Assembly: GCA_964386395.1 (NCBI GenBank)
Contig: CAYLRV010000001.1
Location: forward strand, 23,807 to 87,806
Direction: 5' to 3'
Length of the DNA stretch: 64,000 nt
Origin: an uncultured Chitinophaga sp.
GTDB taxonomy: Bacteria > Bacteroidota > Bacteroidia > Chitinophagales > Chitinophagaceae
The position numbers and the translations under genes are program-made. How positions within the stretch are numbered: position 1 is the stretch's first letter; every line of letters starts with the position of its first letter. Below the pieces are notes generated by a model. It ran no database searches. It was given only the letters and a program-made list of their open reading frames with translations, and had not been told where the DNA came from. Shown here piece by piece: positions 37,801 to 47,434 of this stretch.

Positions 37801-38910
37801 TCAAAACAACCTCCCCTGCCCGCCCGGTACCTGGAACTTACTCCTGTCAAGGCTCCATTCCTCCGCATTCATGCCGTATAGCTTACCGTATTTTTTATAC
37901 TGCATCGCTACCATCTCTGCGATATTCCCTTCGCCACGCATGCGTACGCCCCATCGGGTATCATTTACTTTTCCATCGTGGCTTTGTTCGATCAGGTGCC
38001 ACACTTTATCTGCCCTGTCGGGAAAGTTCTTATATAACCAGTCGTGAAATAGAAATTTTATCGCCCCGTTGAGCCGTATGAATGTATACGCTGTAAAGGT
38101 TGCGCCGTTGTCCTTCGCTGCTTTCATGATACGCTGCATTTCATGTTCATTCAGGCCCGGTATCATCGGCCCCATCATGATGCCCATCCGTACTCCTGCG
38201 CTGCTTAACTCGTTTATCACTTTCAGTTTTTGCTTAGCTGTGGTGGTGCGTGGCTCCATTGCCCTTCGCAGATCTTCATTGAAGGATGTAATGGATACCA
38301 TGGCTGACACAATCTGTTTCTTGCCCATTTCCTGCAGCACATCCTTGTCCTTCAGTATCCAGGAGTTTTTGGTGAGTATACCTACCGGCTGGTTAAATTC
38401 ATTGCAGACTTCCAGTAATCCTCTCGTCAGCCGGTATTTTTGTTCGGCAGGCTGGTAGCAATCGGTATTGCCACTGAGCATGATCGGCGTGGCATCCCAA
38501 TCCTTTTTCATCAGGAATTTTCGCAGCAGTTGTGGTGCATTTTTCTTGACAATTATTTTTCGCTCAAAATCCAGCCCGGCACTGTAACCCCAGTATTCAT
38601 GCACATTTCTTGCATAGCAATAGATGCAGCCATGCTCGCACCCGGCATACGGGTTCATGCTGTACATCATTCCCACATCCCTGCTCTCTACTTTGTTTAC
38701 GATGGTTTTTGATTCCTGTTCCATGTAAATAGTTGGCACATTTGATTCTTCCCAGTCGTCAATGCCTTCAATGTGCTCTCTTGTTGTTTCATTTTTTAAA
38801 AACCGGTTCTTTGTATTGAACTGGGCACCGCGACCGGCGAGGTAGGGCTTTGTTTCTTCAGGTTGCTTCACTTCTACTTTGAAATGATCTTGTTGCAAAT
38901 CCTTGCTCAT
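37801..38910 (-). CDS. radical SAM protein, SplB/Rv2578c-like (DNA-repair-photolyase-like family)
   Basis: Has the CxxxCxxC cluster motif (GCEHGCIYCYARN) and a family-typical length. Confidence 0.7.
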   Translation of the reverse strand: MSKDLQQDHFKVEVKQPEETKPYLAGRGAQFNTKNRFLKNETTREHIEGIDDWEESNVPTIYMEQESKTIVNKVESRDVGMMYSMNPYAGCEHGCIYCYARNVHEYWGYSAGLDFERKIIVKKNAPQLLRKFLMKKDWDATPIMLSGNTDCYQPAEQKYRLTRGLLEVCNEFNQPVGILTKNSWILKDKDVLQEMGKKQIVSAMVSITSFNEDLRRAMEPRTTTAKQKLKVINELSSAGVRMGIMMGPMIPGLNEHEMQRIMKAAKDNGATFTAYTFIRLNGAIKFLFHDWLYKNFPDRADKVWHLIEQSHDGKVNDTRWGVRMRGEGNIAEMVAMQYKKYGKLYGMNAEEWSLDRSKFQVPGGQGRLF

Positions 38911-39044
38911 GCAATTGTTTTAAATAGTGATTATTTTGAACCACGGAGACACAAGGACAGGGAGATGCACAGATATACACATACTGCCGGGAGACAGTCA
39001 CGGTGAGCTGGCGACAGGGAGAAGCACAAAAGCCGTGCTTATTT

Positions 39045-39461
39045 TTAAAGAATCATCCTTTTAATGCCATCTTTCATAAGCGGTGCGTGAAAATTTAATA
39101 CATAGCCAAGCCGCTTTTGTGTAAGGCGCAGGTAACTTAATAGCTGGGCATCCCAAACGGGATGATAGTTATCCTGCGCTTTCAATTCAACAATTATTAA
39201 ATTGTCAATCAATATATCAATCCGAAGACCATCACTAATGATCAATTTATCGTATACCAGTTCTACATTTTTTTGAACAACAAACGGAATATCCCTTTTG
39301 GTCAATTCATAACAGAAGCATTTTTCATACACACTTTCAATTAAGCCCGGACCGAGAAACCTATGGATCTTTATAGCAATATCCATTATTTGATATGTCA
39401 GCCATATTTCCCTTTCGGTTAAAGGTTTATGCTTTTTTTCTGTGCCGCTCCGTGCCGTCAT
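39045..39461 (-). CDS. GxxExxY protein (PD-(D/E)xK nuclease-fold family)
   Basis: Carries the signature HRFLGPGLIESVYEKCFCYEL, and the start was set at MTARSG. The family is typically found in rRNA/tRNA-proximal positions in Bacteroidota and cyanobacteria. Confidence 0.65.
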   Translation of the reverse strand: MTARSGTEKKHKPLTEREIWLTYQIMDIAIKIHRFLGPGLIESVYEKCFCYELTKRDIPFVVQKNVELVYDKLIISDGLRIDILIDNLIIVELKAQDNYHPVWDAQLLSYLRLTQKRLGYVLNFHAPLMKDGIKRMIL

Positions 39462-39483
39462 GCCGCTGTGGTTCAAAATATAA

Positions 39484-40095
39484 TCAGAATAACTCCCCCT
39501 GCTTCGTTGCAACCGGCAGGTTCTGGAATTGGAATGTTGCTGCAATACGATATTTCATTTCCCCCACCGGCCGTTTGAGCAAAGTCATGCCATCAGCAAT
39601 AAACCGACCGGTAAAATGCTTTTGACTATACTCCAGCCAGCCCTTTTCATACTGCCAGGGCTTTAATTTCCGGGCAATGGTCAGGTGGGGCTCCATGATA
39701 AAATGCGGTTTATTATCCTCGTTCAGTTTCATCAGGCGCTGGCTTTCTGTACGGATGCTTTTTACCAGGCCTTGTACCGGTAATTTGCTGGTTACATTGA
39801 TATAAATAGTATGCGCCGGAAAACTGCCAAAATCTTTCAGCTCCACTTTAAATGGCGGGAAGCCCATGGCCACATTCCGCAGCCGGTTTAGTATCCGTTC
39901 TTCCAGCATGGCATGCTGCACAAAATTGACCAGCGTAATATGCGGCTTGCCCCATCTTGCATGATCCGATTTGTACGCAGTAGCAAAATCCTCCTTCACT
40001 TTCATTATCCTTTTCCATAGCTCTTCGTGCGGACTAAGCACCAATAAGTACTCATATTCCCGGTAGCCCGGGATCGTGTTGATAATACTTTCCAT
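39484..40095 (-). CDS. 2H-phosphoesterase superfamily protein (LigT/ThpR-like RNA 2',3'-cyclic phosphodiesterase / 2'-5' RNA ligase)
   Basis: Two H-x-T/S-x motifs are present (HITL and HLTI) in a protein of about 200 aa. Confidence 0.7.
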   Translation of the reverse strand: MESIINTIPGYREYEYLLVLSPHEELWKRIMKVKEDFATAYKSDHARWGKPHITLVNFVQHAMLEERILNRLRNVAMGFPPFKVELKDFGSFPAHTIYINVTSKLPVQGLVKSIRTESQRLMKLNEDNKPHFIMEPHLTIARKLKPWQYEKGWLEYSQKHFTGRFIADGMTLLKRPVGEMKYRIAATFQFQNLPVATKQGELF

Positions 40096-40247
40096 AACCC
40101 ACCCATTTAGGAATTGAAAAAATACTTACCCATTTTATTAGCATAAATTTACTAAATTATTTAGCTTTACCAAAAATTACCCCATTAAATTTTTGAAATA
40201 ATTTTTTCACCCCAGCCGGCACAGCCGGCAGGATAAACTGATTAACT

Positions 40248-40685
40248 ATGGACGGAGAAGATTTTTTTGGGGCCGCATATAAGGGCTCAAAGCAGTTCAA
40301 GCAACAGGAAGTAAAAACAGCGAACGCCACCGGCTTTGGCGCTGCCGCCGATGATTATATGGAACGGGGTATTGATTTGAATGAGCAACTGATACGAAAC
40401 AAGCCCGCCACCTTCTTCTTCCGCATGAAAGGCGACGCTATGCAGGAAGCAGGTATTTTTGACGGCGATACGCTTATTGTAGATCGCTCTATAAAACTGG
40501 CTAACGGAAAAATAATCGTAGCCATTCTTAACGGAGAATTACTGGTACGCCGGTTCCATAAAAACTTTTCTTCCGCTTTCCTGATTGCCGAAAACAACCG
40601 GTATAAAAATATCAACCTGGCCGAGTTCAGCAACTTCGCTGTGTGGGGGGTGGTGACGTATACGATACACCCCGTCGGCGGTTGA
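40248..40685 (+). CDS. umuD: UmuD-like S24 peptidase-fold protein with substituted catalytic dyad (GDAM instead of GDSM; R instead of K)
   Basis: Read against UmuD/LexA recalled from memory, the motifs are FFFRMKGDAMQEAGIFDGDTLIVD...GKIIVAILNGELLVRRF. That places Ala at the Ser position and Arg at the Lys position. Confidence 0.65.
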   Translation: MDGEDFFGAAYKGSKQFKQQEVKTANATGFGAAADDYMERGIDLNEQLIRNKPATFFFRMKGDAMQEAGIFDGDTLIVDRSIKLANGKIIVAILNGELLVRRFHKNFSSAFLIAENNRYKNINLAEFSNFAVWGVVTYTIHPVGG

Positions 40686-40724
40686 AAACCCGGCGGGGTT
40701 CGCTTACTAATAAAATTAATTTGT

Positions 40725-41324
40725 ATGGATATTCAACCGATAATCGAAGGCCAGTACTTCCATATTTACAATCGTGGTGTAAACAGCGAAGATATTTTTA
40801 AAGAAAAAAAGAATTACTACTATTTTCTTAAACAGTACAGCTTTTATTGCAATACGGTACTGGATACACTGGCGTATTGCTTATTGAAAAATCATTTTCA
40901 TTTACTCGTGTATGTCAAAGAAAATGTGGAAGTACCCCGCACTGACGGAAAAGAAGGCAGCTTTCGTCTGCATGCATCCAAACAACTGGGGCATTTTTTC
41001 AACTCCTACGCCCAATCCATCAATAAGGCCTATAAACGTACGGGACAACTTTTCGAATCCCCGTTTGAAAGAAAACTGGTGGACGATGAAAGTTATATGA
41101 TGTCCCTGATCTATTACTGTAATCAAAACGCCGTACATCATGGCTTCGTTAAGAGCACAAATGACTGGGAATTTTCTTCCTACCACGCTGTAATAAAAAA
41201 CGATAAAAGCCTTGTGGCTGTAGACCAGGTACTAAAGCGATTTGGCGATATTCAGCGATTTAAAGAAGCGCATACAACTAATAGCATAAAAGAAAAAGAG
41301 CAACAATATATTATAGACTATTAA
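40725..41324 (+). CDS. REP-associated tyrosine transposase (RAYT, IS200-like HuH Y1)
   Basis: Has the YHIYNRG and HuH (NHFHLLVYV) motifs. It is inserted between the umuD-like and umuC genes and flanked by inverted CCGTCGGCGG / CCGCCGACGG segments. Confidence 0.75.
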   Translation: MDIQPIIEGQYFHIYNRGVNSEDIFKEKKNYYYFLKQYSFYCNTVLDTLAYCLLKNHFHLLVYVKENVEVPRTDGKEGSFRLHASKQLGHFFNSYAQSINKAYKRTGQLFESPFERKLVDDESYMMSLIYYCNQNAVHHGFVKSTNDWEFSSYHAVIKNDKSLVAVDQVLKRFGDIQRFKEAHTTNSIKEKEQQYIIDY

Positions 41325-41374
41325 TCACTCTCCTATTTTAAACTACCGTCGGGGCCTACAGCCGCCGACGGAGT

Positions 41375-42667
41375 TTGCCGAAGATGATGAAAGCAATCGT
41401 TGACTGTAATAACTTCTACTGTTCCTGCGAAAGGTTGTTTAAACCGGCGCTGGAGAATAAACCCGTTGTTGTACTGAGCAACAATGACGGCTGCATCATT
41501 TCACGCAGTAACGAAGCAAAAAAACTGGGCGTTGAAATGGCCGGGCCCTTCTTTATGGCCAGGCCCCTGATTAAAAAATATGATGTCGCTGTTTTCTCGT
41601 CTAATTACAATTTGTATGGCGACCTGAGCTGGCGGGTAATGGAAACCCTGCGGATACTATTGGGGGAAAATAATGTAGAAGTTTATTCGGTAGATGAAGC
41701 CTTCCTTGATCTGGATATTTTTCCGGTGAATGATCTGCAGGCCATCGGAGAAAAAATAAAAACCACAGTTGAAATGTGGACAGGTATTAAAGTATCTGTT
41801 GGTGTGGCTCCTACCAAGGTATTGGCCAAAGCAGCTAACCGCCTTGCAAAAAAGAACCCGGAGAAATACCAGGGCGTAATGGTGCTGCACAATGAAGAAG
41901 AAATTATATCGGCACTGCGGCAAACACAAATAGACGATATATGGGGTGTGGGCAGGCAGTATGCCCAGAAACTGAAAGAGCAGTATTGCATTTATGACGC
42001 CCTGCAGTTAAGCCGGATGAGTGAAGAGTTTGGAAGAACACAGTTAGGCGGTGTCACCGGCGTCCGCCTCCTGAAAGAACTGAAAGGAGAACCTGCGAAA
42101 GATATGGAAGATGAACTGGTGGTAAAAAAAATGATTGCCACTACCCGTATGTTCGGCAGCCCTGTGGGCGATATCGCATCTATCAAAGAAGCCGTAGCCA
42201 CTTATGCATCGAGGGCCGCTGAAAAATTAAGAAGGCAACATAGTGCGGCAAAAGTGATCAATGTCTTTGTCGTAACCAAAGAGGAGAACCACAATGTAGA
42301 TTTCCGGGGCGCCACCAACGGAACGTCCGTTATACTGCCCGCTGCTACGTCCGCTACCAATGAACTGATAAAACCGGCGGTGGCACTGGTTGACAAGTTA
42401 TTTGAAGCAGGAAAACTATATAAAAAAGCAGGCGTAATGCTGAGTGGCATTGTGCCAGACAACTCTATACAGGGTAATCTCTTTCTCCCCGGCACCAAAA
42501 ACTGCGAACGAAAACTGATGGACATGATTGATAACGTCAACTTCAGCCAGCGGGATGATGTTTTAAAATTTGCGGCCAGCGGTACTACCCGCAACTGGAA
42601 GATGCAGCAGAATTTTATCAGCGATCGTTATACCAGCCGTTGGAATGAATTGTATGAAGTAAGCTGA
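41375..42667 (+). CDS. umuC: Y-family DNA polymerase V subunit UmuC
   Basis: The N-terminus is AIVDCNNFYCSCERLFKP...VVVLSNNDGC. The true start is probably a few codons into the ORF. Confidence 0.85.
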   Translation: MPKMMKAIVDCNNFYCSCERLFKPALENKPVVVLSNNDGCIISRSNEAKKLGVEMAGPFFMARPLIKKYDVAVFSSNYNLYGDLSWRVMETLRILLGENNVEVYSVDEAFLDLDIFPVNDLQAIGEKIKTTVEMWTGIKVSVGVAPTKVLAKAANRLAKKNPEKYQGVMVLHNEEEIISALRQTQIDDIWGVGRQYAQKLKEQYCIYDALQLSRMSEEFGRTQLGGVTGVRLLKELKGEPAKDMEDELVVKKMIATTRMFGSPVGDIASIKEAVATYASRAAEKLRRQHSAAKVINVFVVTKEENHNVDFRGATNGTSVILPAATSATNELIKPAVALVDKLFEAGKLYKKAGVMLSGIVPDNSIQGNLFLPGTKNCERKLMDMIDNVNFSQRDDVLKFAASGTTRNWKMQQNFISDRYTSRWNELYEVS

Positions 42668-44923
42668 TTAGAACCCCTTGATTTCTTCATCGTTGTCCAT
42701 GGCTATTTTATAAGCCTTAATAAACAAAGCGCCGAGGTTTTTATACGGTGGGGTGTAGTCTTCTATTTCAGACTCATAAGAGCATGCCACCATCTCCTTC
42801 CAAAATGGCACCCAATCTACATTTTTTCCAGCCAGCATTTTGTCCGTCAGTACCTTCAAAAAACATTTATTAATCCCAGTGGCACCAATTTGTTTGGTGG
42901 ATACAATATGGGCATCTGAGGAAACCTCTAATACATCCTTTATCAGATGATATCCGCCGCAAGAACCAAGAAACACAATTTTGGAAGATGGTGCCATCTG
43001 CTGAATCGTTGATTCGGCATAATAACTATGACCACGGTGAACCGTTACAGTCGGATATAATTTATTTTTTACCAGGTATTCACCCAGCTCCTTTTGTGCC
43101 TTTTCATCTTCGCCGCCTTCTTCAGGCAGGGCCCGGTTGGCATAGATAGTAACCGGCTTTCCTTTTACCGAACGGACTTCAATCCATTTTTCCTTCGGTA
43201 TAATTTTCCAATTGCTGTTGGAGAACTGTTTTACAAACCCATTGAACACACCCATGCCATCCTTATCGCCATAGAAAAACTGCTGCATGATCACCCGGCC
43301 GCTGTCATTGGCCAGCGCTTTGAAGGGCACTTCATATACTGGCGGTATACCCAGTTCCTTTGTTAAATCAATATTCTTTGTGCTATCCGCGGAAAGAAAC
43401 AGGTAGTTCAATATTTTATATATCGCTATGCCCGTTTTGTTATTTGCTTCCGTATTACGCTGGTAGTTCTCCTGAACATTTTTCAGCATTTCATCAGCCA
43501 GTGGCTTTAATGTTTCGGCAATACTGGCATAGGAGTCGGCCACATCCACGGCATCTTCCGGACCATCGGATTTCTCCAGATTCTTCACAAACGATTTCAT
43601 CAGCACTTCGGCATCACTGGCCTCGCCCGGACTGCGCCGTGGCGGAAAGGACGCAAGGAATATACCCAGTGTATTATAACCCGCTGCCATTTTTATCAGC
43701 TTACGGTATTTATCAAAATGAACAGCCACCAACAGCGAATCGCCCCTGTTATTTATTTTTTTCATCATCAGGGGGAATACACCTTTTACAAAACTGGATG
43801 TATAGATGGACCCGTCTGATGACACAGCCAGATAATACAGTTCTTCCGCGGTTAAAGGTTGTATTGATTTGAACCGCACCTCTGCACTTTCATTATGAAG
43901 TCCGTTGATTACATTGACAAAATTTTCTTTTGCTTTTTTCTCCAGTCGCTTAGTCAGTTCTTTATATTCAAAAGCTGTGTCTTTGTTGTGCAGGCGTTCT
44001 ACATAGTCGATCTGTGTCTTTACGAGCAGACGATAATATTTCAGGGAATCGTCCTTTGCCGCATCAATATCTGCCAGTGTCATTTTGCCCCGGAAGATAT
44101 TATCAAAGAAAGGAAAGTACTGCATCCCGTTCTTGCTGCGGGCCATATCGGATATGGTCTTTATAAAAATGTCGTCTTTGATATTACGTATGACTGTACT
44201 TAGCTTACTGTTGGATTGTGCATAATCATACAATTGTTTGGGGTATCGCTGTGCCACAAGTCTTACCACACTGTCTGCAAAAGGCATATCCGGGTTATCG
44301 TACAATGTCCGCAGTGCTTTGGCCGGATAGGCCAAACAATACTTGAGTATTACTGTTTGCTTGCTTTCTGTATAACCTGCATTTTTTACGAACGTTACAT
44401 GGCTGCCATCCACCAGCGAGAGGGCTGTTTCATAAGGATAGGTTTTTATAACATCGGCAATTGATTTTCCGGCCCTGTCCAATGCATACATTTTCTCATA
44501 AGCGCTGATAATGTCTGGCAGGCGGAGCTTGCTGATTTTACCTGCCCGGGCATTTGCTATGTATGACCGCAGCTGGTTTTCTATTCCTTTCAGGTATTTC
44601 TTCTTTACCTGGTCGCCCATAGTGCTGTCCGTTTCAATCTGGCACTGCAGTGCATCAATGCGCTGAGTAGCAGCTTGTGTGAGCATAAAATTCACTTCTT
44701 CATTGGCCGAGGGTGTAAACTTATCGTCGGCTTTACCGTCAATACCAAGAATATTTTTTTGCTGTGTATCAACGTAGTCATGAAACAGTGACCGCTTGAA
44801 ATCAGGCTTACAGCCAGGTGCCGCAGTTGTGCTGCTCGACGCAAAAGATAGTTGTGCTGTGCTTTTTAAAACCAGCAATATAGAACTCGCTGCAAGGACC
44901 AGGTATCTCATTGATGTTGTCAT
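42668..44923 (-). CDS. hypothetical secreted protein (751 aa)
   Basis: A long ORF with a signal peptide (ASSILLVLKSTAQ) that matches no recognised family. Confidence 0.5.
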   Translation of the reverse strand: MTTSMRYLVLAASSILLVLKSTAQLSFASSSTTAAPGCKPDFKRSLFHDYVDTQQKNILGIDGKADDKFTPSANEEVNFMLTQAATQRIDALQCQIETDSTMGDQVKKKYLKGIENQLRSYIANARAGKISKLRLPDIISAYEKMYALDRAGKSIADVIKTYPYETALSLVDGSHVTFVKNAGYTESKQTVILKYCLAYPAKALRTLYDNPDMPFADSVVRLVAQRYPKQLYDYAQSNSKLSTVIRNIKDDIFIKTISDMARSKNGMQYFPFFDNIFRGKMTLADIDAAKDDSLKYYRLLVKTQIDYVERLHNKDTAFEYKELTKRLEKKAKENFVNVINGLHNESAEVRFKSIQPLTAEELYYLAVSSDGSIYTSSFVKGVFPLMMKKINNRGDSLLVAVHFDKYRKLIKMAAGYNTLGIFLASFPPRRSPGEASDAEVLMKSFVKNLEKSDGPEDAVDVADSYASIAETLKPLADEMLKNVQENYQRNTEANNKTGIAIYKILNYLFLSADSTKNIDLTKELGIPPVYEVPFKALANDSGRVIMQQFFYGDKDGMGVFNGFVKQFSNSNWKIIPKEKWIEVRSVKGKPVTIYANRALPEEGGEDEKAQKELGEYLVKNKLYPTVTVHRGHSYYAESTIQQMAPSSKIVFLGSCGGYHLIKDVLEVSSDAHIVSTKQIGATGINKCFLKVLTDKMLAGKNVDWVPFWKEMVACSYESEIEDYTPPYKNLGALFIKAYKIAMDNDEEIKGF

Positions 44924-45143
44924 AAGGATGATTGTGCAAAGGTAACAAGCATACAGTATAAATAAACCAAATGCTTTGCCCTGATACAGACTGGTTTACA
45001 CATAAAAAGGCTGTCCCGGCCCTCATATTTATTTTCATCCATCAAAATGGATGTATTAACTTATCATTAAGTCTCTGTAAACAAGACCACAGATATTTCA
45101 TTGACATTCATTTAACAAGTAGGTTTGCGAAAATTTTTCCCTG

Positions 45144-45842
45144 ATGGAAAATTCCAAAGGAATCCATTCTGACAAGGCCCGGAAAGTACTAATAGCAGAC
45201 GATGAGCCGGATATTTTGGAGATTTTAAAGTACAACCTCGCAGCGGAAGGCTATGATGTGGTAACGGCCAAAGATGGTGATGAGGCCTTGGAAAAAGCCC
45301 GCCGTAACCAGCCCGACCTGATTGTTCTTGACGTAATGATGCCTAAAAAAACCGGGGTGGAAGTTTGTGGACTTTTGCGTGCCCAGGCCGCTTTTAAGGA
45401 CACCCTTATCATTTTCCTGACTGCACTAAATGATGAAAATACACAGATTAAGGGCCTGGAAACCGGTGCCGACGATTATATCAGCAAACCGATTAGTCCG
45501 AAAGTGTTTATTTCCCGGGTAAATGCACTTTTCCGCAGGCTGAATAAAACCGAAGCCCGCATCCTCACTATCGAAAATATGGTCATCGACCCCGAACGTT
45601 TTATCGTTACCGTGGGCGACCAGGAAATTGTACTGGCCAAAAAAGAGTTTGAGCTTTTATACCTGCTGGCGATTAAACCTGGCCGGGTTTTCCTCCGGCA
45701 TGAAATATTGAACCAGGTTTGGGGCAATGATGTGATTGTTGGCGACCGCACTATCGACGTACATATCCGTAAAATACGGCAGAAACTGGGCGTGGATTGT
45801 ATTACCACTGTAAAAGGTGTTGGCTATAAGTTTGAGCTCTGA
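45144..45842 (+). CDS. OmpR/PhoB-family response regulator
   Basis: Has a receiver domain (LIADDEPDILE...DLIVLDVMMP) and a winged-helix C-terminus (RTIDVHIRKIRQKL...GVGYKF). Confidence 0.85.
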   Translation: MENSKGIHSDKARKVLIADDEPDILEILKYNLAAEGYDVVTAKDGDEALEKARRNQPDLIVLDVMMPKKTGVEVCGLLRAQAAFKDTLIIFLTALNDENTQIKGLETGADDYISKPISPKVFISRVNALFRRLNKTEARILTIENMVIDPERFIVTVGDQEIVLAKKEFELLYLLAIKPGRVFLRHEILNQVWGNDVIVGDRTIDVHIRKIRQKLGVDCITTVKGVGYKFEL

Positions 45843-45918
45843 CAAAAAGTTCAGGGCGCAAGCCTCTTATTAAATGAAGTTACTGGTCGCTGCAGCCCTG
45901 TATCTTGTTCCTTGATCC

Positions 45919-46983
45919 ATGTACCTTCGCAATATGTTCTCTACGAAAAACATTTCCCCTAAACAAATTGCCTTTTTTACAGCCCTGGTACTCGCTATAC
46001 CTGAGAGCCTGCTGGTATATATCGTGGAGAAAAAATGGTTGTGGGCAGTGGGTTCTTTTGTCATCTTCTTTACAGGCAGTTATTTCCTGGTTGCTTTCAT
46101 GCTCGAACGTTTTATTTACCGTAAAATAAAACTGATCTATAAGTTCATCAATAAAACGAAAGCCACCAGGCGGGAGGAAACCTTTTACAAATATGTATTG
46201 CCACAGAAAAGCATCGACGAAGTGCGGGAAGATGTAGAAAAATGGGCAGCCGAAAATGAAAAAGAACTGGAACTGCTGCGGCAAAACGAACAGTTCAGGC
46301 GTGAATTTTTGCAAAACCTTTCGCATGAGTTTAAAACACCGGTTTTTGCTATACAGGGATATGTAGATACCCTGCTAAATGGCGCATTGGCCAACCCGGA
46401 GGTAAACAAAAAATTCTTAGAAAAGACTTCCAAAAACGTCGACCGGCTTACCCACCTGCTTAGCGATCTCGATGAAATATCCAGCCTGGAAAGAGGGGAG
46501 CTGGTTTTATACAAACAGAATTTTATTATACAGGAGGTTGCGCGGGATGTTTTTGAAAGCCTGTCAGTAAAGGCGGAGGCGCAAAACATTACCTGTACTA
46601 TTAAGAAGGGCTGTGAGTCGCCACTCACCGTTTTTGCTGATAAAGAAAAAATAAGACAGGTTTTTACCAATCTTGTAGAGAACTCAGTTAAGTATGGAAA
46701 GATGCATGGAACAATCACCGCCAGTATGTATAAGACTGACGGCAAACGCATACTGATAGAAATTACTGATGATGGAATTGGTATTGGCGAAAAACACCTG
46801 CCCCGTTTGTTTGAACGGTTTTACCGTACGGATGAAGGCCGGAGCATTGATGTCAGCGGCAGTGGCCTGGGATTAGCTATTTGCAAACATATTATCGAAG
46901 CACACGGGCAAACAATACATGTGCGCAGCACCGCCGGCGTGGGCACCACGGTTGGGTTTACACTGGATGTGAAAAAAGACTAA
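45919..46983 (+). CDS. sensor histidine kinase (PhoR-like)
   Basis: Has two predicted TM helices, a HisKA H-box (NLSHEFKTPVFAIQGY) and HATPase_c N/G boxes (NLVENSVKYG, DDGIGIG, GSGLGLAI). Confidence 0.85.
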   Translation: MYLRNMFSTKNISPKQIAFFTALVLAIPESLLVYIVEKKWLWAVGSFVIFFTGSYFLVAFMLERFIYRKIKLIYKFINKTKATRREETFYKYVLPQKSIDEVREDVEKWAAENEKELELLRQNEQFRREFLQNLSHEFKTPVFAIQGYVDTLLNGALANPEVNKKFLEKTSKNVDRLTHLLSDLDEISSLERGELVLYKQNFIIQEVARDVFESLSVKAEAQNITCTIKKGCESPLTVFADKEKIRQVFTNLVENSVKYGKMHGTITASMYKTDGKRILIEITDDGIGIGEKHLPRLFERFYRTDEGRSIDVSGSGLGLAICKHIIEAHGQTIHVRSTAGVGTTVGFTLDVKKD

Positions 46984-47393
46984 TACCAGCTTTTCCCCTC
47001 ACCAAGACTTTTCAGAAAATCAACTGCTTCGTTGCTCATTTCCGTACTCATGACTTTATTGTCAAGGTCAAAAGAGAAATGTTTACAATCATTTTCACTG
47101 AACTTAAATACAACAGGCAGTACCTGCTGGCCGTTGCGGAAGAACAGCATATTCCCGTCGTATCCGCATTTATATAATGCCGAAGCCTTTCCGTTCAGAA
47201 ATTTAGCCATACGTTGAATAGCCTTGGTATCAGTCGTACTCACCATTTTTATTACAGAATCGCTGTTGGGTGCATTGAAGTTAATCACCATGCTATCGCA
47301 GCCCTTTAATTTCTTACCTATTGCTGAATTGTTACAACTGCATAAAAACAGGACAACGCTTACCGGGATAAAGAGTTTGGAGAAGTGCTTCAT
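46980..47393 (-). CDS. hypothetical lipoprotein
   Basis: Has a signal plus lipobox (VVLFLCSCNN) and matches no recognised family. Confidence 0.4.
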   Translation of the reverse strand: MKHFSKLFIPVSVVLFLCSCNNSAIGKKLKGCDSMVINFNAPNSDSVIKMVSTTDTKAIQRMAKFLNGKASALYKCGYDGNMLFFRNGQQVLPVVFKFSENDCKHFSFDLDNKVMSTEMSNEAVDFLKSLGEGKSWY

Positions 47394-47434
47394 ATTCCAA
47401 ATATAATTATCCGCCCAAACATTTTCATCTGTTT

